64,000 nucleotides of DNA from Sandaracinaceae bacterium (GTDB taxonomy: Bacteria > Myxococcota_A > Polyangia > Polyangiales > Sandaracinaceae), in contig JBGAQA010000002.1 of assembly GCA_044220955.1 (NCBI GenBank), forward strand, positions 32,001-96,000, in the 5' to 3' direction. The notes beneath the pieces were generated by a model. That model worked only from the letters and a program-made list of their open reading frames with translations, was not told the DNA's origin and made no database searches. Shown piece after piece: positions 58,122-64,000 of the stretch. The first letter of the stretch is position 1. Every line of letters begins with the position of its first letter. Made by a program: the position numbers and the translations under genes.

Positions 58122-58910
58122 TCAGGCGGCCCGGCGCCCGGCGAGCGCCCCGAGGCCGCCGCCGATCACGCTCGCCAGCGCGACGCCCGCCACGTGAAAC
58201 GCGAGCACGTGCAGCGCGCTCTCGTCCGCGGCGCACGTGGTGAGGAGAACGCCCTGCCCCGCGAGCGCACCCGCGGCGCCGGTCGCGGCGCTCTGGAGCG
58301 CACCGAGTCGGCGCCCGGCGGAGCGCGAGAACGCCAGGATCGCCATCAGCGGGAGCGCAGCCACGACCAGCTCGACCTGCAGGCAGCCGACCGTGTGACC
58401 CGCGACGTACGGGAACTCCGTGTAGTCGAGTCGGCCGAGGAGCAAGGAGAGGCCGAGCGCGGTGCCCGTCGCCGCGATCGCGTCGCGCTCGGAGCGCATC
58501 GCGAACGAGGGGAGCAGCGCCGCGACGCCGACGGTGGTGATCGCGAGGAGCACCCGGGGGACCGAGATGGCAGGTCCGGAGAGCGAGAGCGCGACGACGA
58601 CGGACACGACGACAGCCGCAGCGACCGCGAGGCCCGCGACCGGCGAGCGGGCGGGCGCCGCTCGGGAGCGCGGCTCCGCGGCGAGCAGCGCGTGCACCCG
58701 GGCCTGGGTGCGCCGGAGCGCGTCCTGTGATGCGGGCGGCGGCGTGGCGAGCGAACCGAGGAGCGAGGCCAGCCGCGCAGCACGACGCAGCTCCGCGCCG
58801 CAGGTCGCACAGCCGGCCGCGTGCGCCTCGAACGCCGCGCGCTCGGCGTCGCCCTCGGGCATCGCCGCGAGGCCCGCGATCTCCCCGGGGGACCGGTGCG
58901 GCGCGCTCAC
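58122..58910 (-). CDS. Anti-sigma factor, ZAS motif + NrsF/DUF1109-like TM domain
   Basis: HAAGCATC (HxxxCxxC); TM region with GC and TC...HVLAFH. Confidence 0.8.
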   Translation of the reverse strand: MSAPHRSPGEIAGLAAMPEGDAERAAFEAHAAGCATCGAELRRAARLASLLGSLATPPPASQDALRRTQARVHALLAAEPRSRAAPARSPVAGLAVAAAVVVSVVVALSLSGPAISVPRVLLAITTVGVAALLPSFAMRSERDAIAATGTALGLSLLLGRLDYTEFPYVAGHTVGCLQVELVVAALPLMAILAFSRSAGRRLGALQSAATGAAGALAGQGVLLTTCAADESALHVLAFHVAGVALASVIGGGLGALAGRRAA

Positions 58911-59485
58911 GATGCGTCCTCCACCAGGTCTGCCAGCGCCTCGCGCAGGGTCGCGAAGGCGCGAAACGCCCGGACGCGCACGGCCACCTCCGTGAGCTTC
59001 GGCCCGTCGACGCTGAGCGCCTCGGCGATCTCCGCGAACGTGAGTCCCTCGAAGCGGTGCAGCCAGACCACGACACGCTGCGCCTCCGGCAGGCCCTCGA
59101 GCGCCTTGCGCACTCGCTCCGCCTCCTCGTTCGCCTCCGGCCAGCGATCCGGGCCCCCTGCGATCGGGAGCGTCAGCTCGCCGAGCTCCTCGTCGCTCGC
59201 CTTCTCGGCGGCCCGATAGCGGCGGCGCAGCTCGTCGATGCGCACGCGTGCAGCGATGCCGAAGAGCCAGGGCCGCACGGGAAGGGACGCGTCGTAGCTC
59301 GCGCGCGCGGCGTGGAGCTTGAGGAACGTCGTCTGCACCAGGTCGTCGGCCACCGCCCCGCTGCGGAACGAGCGCGAGAAGAACGCGTGCAGACGCGCGG
59401 CGTAGCGCGAGAAGAGCGCGTCGAAAGCGCGCGAATCCCCCGCTACGTAGCGCTGCATCAGCTCCTCGTCCGGCTCCGTCGTCAC
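58907..59485 (-). CDS. ECF RNA polymerase sigma factor
   Basis: DEELM, DDLVQTTF, WLFGIA and region 4 LTFAEIA. Confidence 0.93.
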   Translation of the reverse strand: MTTEPDEELMQRYVAGDSRAFDALFSRYAARLHAFFSRSFRSGAVADDLVQTTFLKLHAARASYDASLPVRPWLFGIAARVRIDELRRRYRAAEKASDEELGELTLPIAGGPDRWPEANEEAERVRKALEGLPEAQRVVVWLHRFEGLTFAEIAEALSVDGPKLTEVAVRVRAFRAFATLREALADLVEDAS

Positions 59486-59489
59486 TCGA

Positions 59490-59515
59490 TTCGCTCGCCC
59501 GCGGCGCGACGTTAC
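59490..59515 (-). promoter_or_regulatory. Autoregulatory ECF promoter GTAAC-N17-CGAA
   Basis: Minus strand TGTAACGTCGCGCCGCGGGCGAGCGAA, 4 nt before the GTG. Confidence 0.7.
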
Positions 59516-59528
59516 ACGAAGAACCGCT

Positions 59529-60263
59529 TCACGGGCGCGTCGCCGCGGCGAGCACGATCCCCGCGGCGACGGACACGTTGAGCGACTCGACGGCGCCGAC
59601 CCCGCGGACGCCAACCAGGTGCGTGAAGCGGGCGCGCACGGCCGGGCCGGGGCCTGCCGCCTCCGACCCGAGCACGATCGCGGCGCGCCTCGGGTAGCGA
59701 AACGCGCGCGCATCGTCGGCAGCCCGAGCGTCCGTCCCGACGACGGCGACCGCTCGGTCGGCCAGCGCGCCGAGCACGCCCGGCAGGTCGACGACCCGGG
59801 CGAGCGCGACATGCTCGGCGCCGCCCTCGGCGATCCGGATCGCGCCCGGAGGGAAGGGTTGCTCGGTGCGCCCGTGGACGACGAGGCCTTCGCAGCCGAG
59901 GAAGGCGGCGGTCCTCAGGATCGCGCCCACGTTGTGCGGATTCTCGACGCCGTCGAGCACGACCAACCGTAGCGGGCCGCGGTCGGGGCCGAAGCGCGCC
60001 ACCACCCCCTCGTCGTCGAGGATCTCGCGCTCGATCGCCTCGAGCACGATGCCCTCGTGGTGCTCCGAGCCGGCGATCGCCCGAAGCTCGTGATCGGGCT
60101 TTTCCGCGTACGCGACCCGGCGCGCCGCGGCCTCGCGCAGGTGAGGCCCGAGCGCGGGGCCGACCTCCGCGTGATAAGCGATGCGCCGCACGTCGTGCGG
60201 GCGCACCCGCAGCACCGCCAGGGCCGCCTCGAGCCCGTAGGTCCGCTCGCGCCGCTCGATCAT
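59529..60263 (-). CDS. TrmH/SpoU-family RNA methyltransferase
   Basis: HEG, LDGVENPHNVGAILRT, GSE and ESLNVSVA. Confidence 0.93.
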   Translation of the reverse strand: MIERRERTYGLEAALAVLRVRPHDVRRIAYHAEVGPALGPHLREAAARRVAYAEKPDHELRAIAGSEHHEGIVLEAIEREILDDEGVVARFGPDRGPLRLVVLDGVENPHNVGAILRTAAFLGCEGLVVHGRTEQPFPPGAIRIAEGGAEHVALARVVDLPGVLGALADRAVAVVGTDARAADDARAFRYPRRAAIVLGSEAAGPGPAVRARFTHLVGVRGVGAVESLNVSVAAGIVLAAATRP

Positions 60264-61024
60264 CCGATGCTCTGCCGCGGCTGCCGCATCACCGCGCGCG
60301 CGATGTGGAGGAAGGGCGCGAGGCGGGGGTCGGGCGAGTCCCAGAGCGCCCCGGGGGCGCCCTCGATCGCGACCTTGCCCTCGGAGAGGAAGAGCACGCG
60401 GTCGGCGACGCCGAACACCGTCTCCATCTGGTGCGTGATGACGATCGTGGTGATCCCCAGCTGCCGCCGCAGCCCCGCGAGCAGACGGTTCACGCGACCG
60501 ACGTTGATGGGGTCGAGGCCCTCGGTCGGACCGTCGTAGAAGAGCACCTCGGGCCGCATCGCGATGGCCCGCGCGAGCGCGACGCGCTTGCGCATCCCCC
60601 CCGAGAGATCCTGCGGCCACATGGCCTCGATGCCCGGCAGGGCGACCAGGGCGAGCGACTCGGCGACGCGCTTCACGATGCCCGGCTCGTCGAGCAAGCG
60701 CTGCTCGCGCAGGCCATAGGCGACGTTGTCGAAGACGCTCATCGAGTCGAAGAGGCCGGAGCTCTGGAGCAGCACGCCGACGCGCTTGCGCACGGGCACC
60801 CACTCGCGCTCCTTGAGGTGCGTGACGTCGCGCCCGTCGAAGACGAGCTGGCCGGCGTCCGCGTGCACGAGGCCGAGCATCGTCTTGACCAGCAGGCTCT
60901 TGCCCGCCCCCGACTCCCCGACGATGGTCAGGAACTCGCCCTTGTGGACGACGAGGTCGACGCCGTCGAGCACGCGGTGGGTGCCGAACGCCTTGGTCAG
61001 TCCGCGAACCTCGTACAAGGCCAC
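60260..61024 (-). CDS. MlaF/Ttg2A-like ABC ATP-binding protein
   Basis: GESGAGKS, LFDSMSVFDNVA, LSGGMRKRV, YDGPT and ITH. Confidence 0.88.
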   Translation of the reverse strand: MALYEVRGLTKAFGTHRVLDGVDLVVHKGEFLTIVGESGAGKSLLVKTMLGLVHADAGQLVFDGRDVTHLKEREWVPVRKRVGVLLQSSGLFDSMSVFDNVAYGLREQRLLDEPGIVKRVAESLALVALPGIEAMWPQDLSGGMRKRVALARAIAMRPEVLFYDGPTEGLDPINVGRVNRLLAGLRRQLGITTIVITHQMETVFGVADRVLFLSEGKVAIEGAPGALWDSPDPRLAPFLHIARAVMRQPRQSIG

Positions 61025-61040
61025 GCCCGGCGCTCCTCGC

Positions 61041-61733
61041 TCAGGTCTCGCCCCGGCGCCGCCTCTGCTCTTCTTCTTCGATCGTGCGCATCGAGGGCAC
61101 GCCACGCGGCCGGTCGACGACGACGCGGCCCTTGCCCTGTCCGACGAGCGGCAGCTCGCGGCGCCCCATCGCGACGAGCGCCGCGGCGGCGTTGTCGACC
61201 GGCATCTCCAGCTGGAGCTGACCCTTGACCACGCGCGCCCGGCCGCCGCCGCCCTCGATCACGAGCGCGGCCTCCGCGCGGAGCCAGACCGCGATGCTCG
61301 CGTCGCTGAGCTTGTCGTTGAGCCCGAGCCGGGCCTTGCCAGCCTTCGCGAGCGCGTCCGCCCGGTCGATCGCGATCCCCAGCACCGACTCGGCCAGCGC
61401 GTCGAAGGACACGATCGCGTTCGCGCGCCAGAGCCCGATCAGCTTCGCCTCGGCGAGCTCGCCCGCGAGCGCGACGTCGTCGCCCGACGCGAGCGCGGCC
61501 TTCATCCGGGCGGCGCGCACCTCGAAGACCGCCCGCGCGTCGGCGTTCTTGACGCCGGGCAGGAGCGCGACGGGGCGCGGGTCGTCGAGGCGGCCGCGCT
61601 GCTCGTGGCGCCGCCAGATGGCGTCCGGATCGCCCGCCGCGAACGCCTCGAGCTGGGGCGTCAGCGCCTTGCGCTCCGCCTTCGGCCGACGGACCACACG
61701 CTCGGGCTCGGGCTTCGGGGCTCGCTTGGGCAT
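61041..61733 (-). CDS. Hypothetical protein
   Basis: 230-aa ORF with host-like codons directly upstream of the ABC gene. Confidence 0.65.
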   Translation of the reverse strand: MPKRAPKPEPERVVRRPKAERKALTPQLEAFAAGDPDAIWRRHEQRGRLDDPRPVALLPGVKNADARAVFEVRAARMKAALASGDDVALAGELAEAKLIGLWRANAIVSFDALAESVLGIAIDRADALAKAGKARLGLNDKLSDASIAVWLRAEAALVIEGGGGRARVVKGQLQLEMPVDNAAAALVAMGRRELPLVGQGKGRVVVDRPRGVPSMRTIEEEEQRRRRGET

Positions 61734-61816
61734 GGGCGCGGTTATCGCACTTCGCGCGCCCGGCGCCACGCCCGCGGCGTCCCCGGGAGCAGCGAGATGG
61801 AGATGGCGACAACGCG

Positions 61817-64000
<2,184 letters not shown>

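Overview
A very GC-rich bacterial chromosomal segment. Gene content points to Myxococcota, probably Polyangiales/Sandaracinaceae-like (inferred from Ser/Thr kinases, Cys-rich MopE-type proteins, DAG-linker lipoproteins and a TonB-fused receptor). It begins in yidC-jag and carries housekeeping genes (ribA, pgi, tadA, SRP RNA, holA, a TrmH-family methylase). A 14-kb denitrification island (20.5-34.7 kb) encodes an outer-membrane porin, SCO, a NirV-like protein, NirK-cytochrome c, HiPIP, Ric, a Crp/Fnr regulator, HemY, a radical SAM protein, diheme NorC and norBQD. It has three TGAY-N4-ATCA boxes, each centred 28.5 bp from a -10 TA. The best candidate for an undescribed system is a carbamoyltransferase + SxtJ-like + DUF5989 peptide + SGNH locus. 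The peptide ends in a DltX/AlgI-like tyrosine shuttle motif (PFLYSLW), suggesting envelope O-carbamoylation, and the locus is interrupted by a 145-bp rod-like palindrome. Also notable: an ODP di-iron sensor paired with a sensor-less hybrid kinase, a pseudokinase, a degenerate MlaF-like ATPase, and recurring leaderless-type promoters. No CRISPR array, tRNA, rRNA or transposase was seen. All calls are from motif reading by eye; no searches were run.
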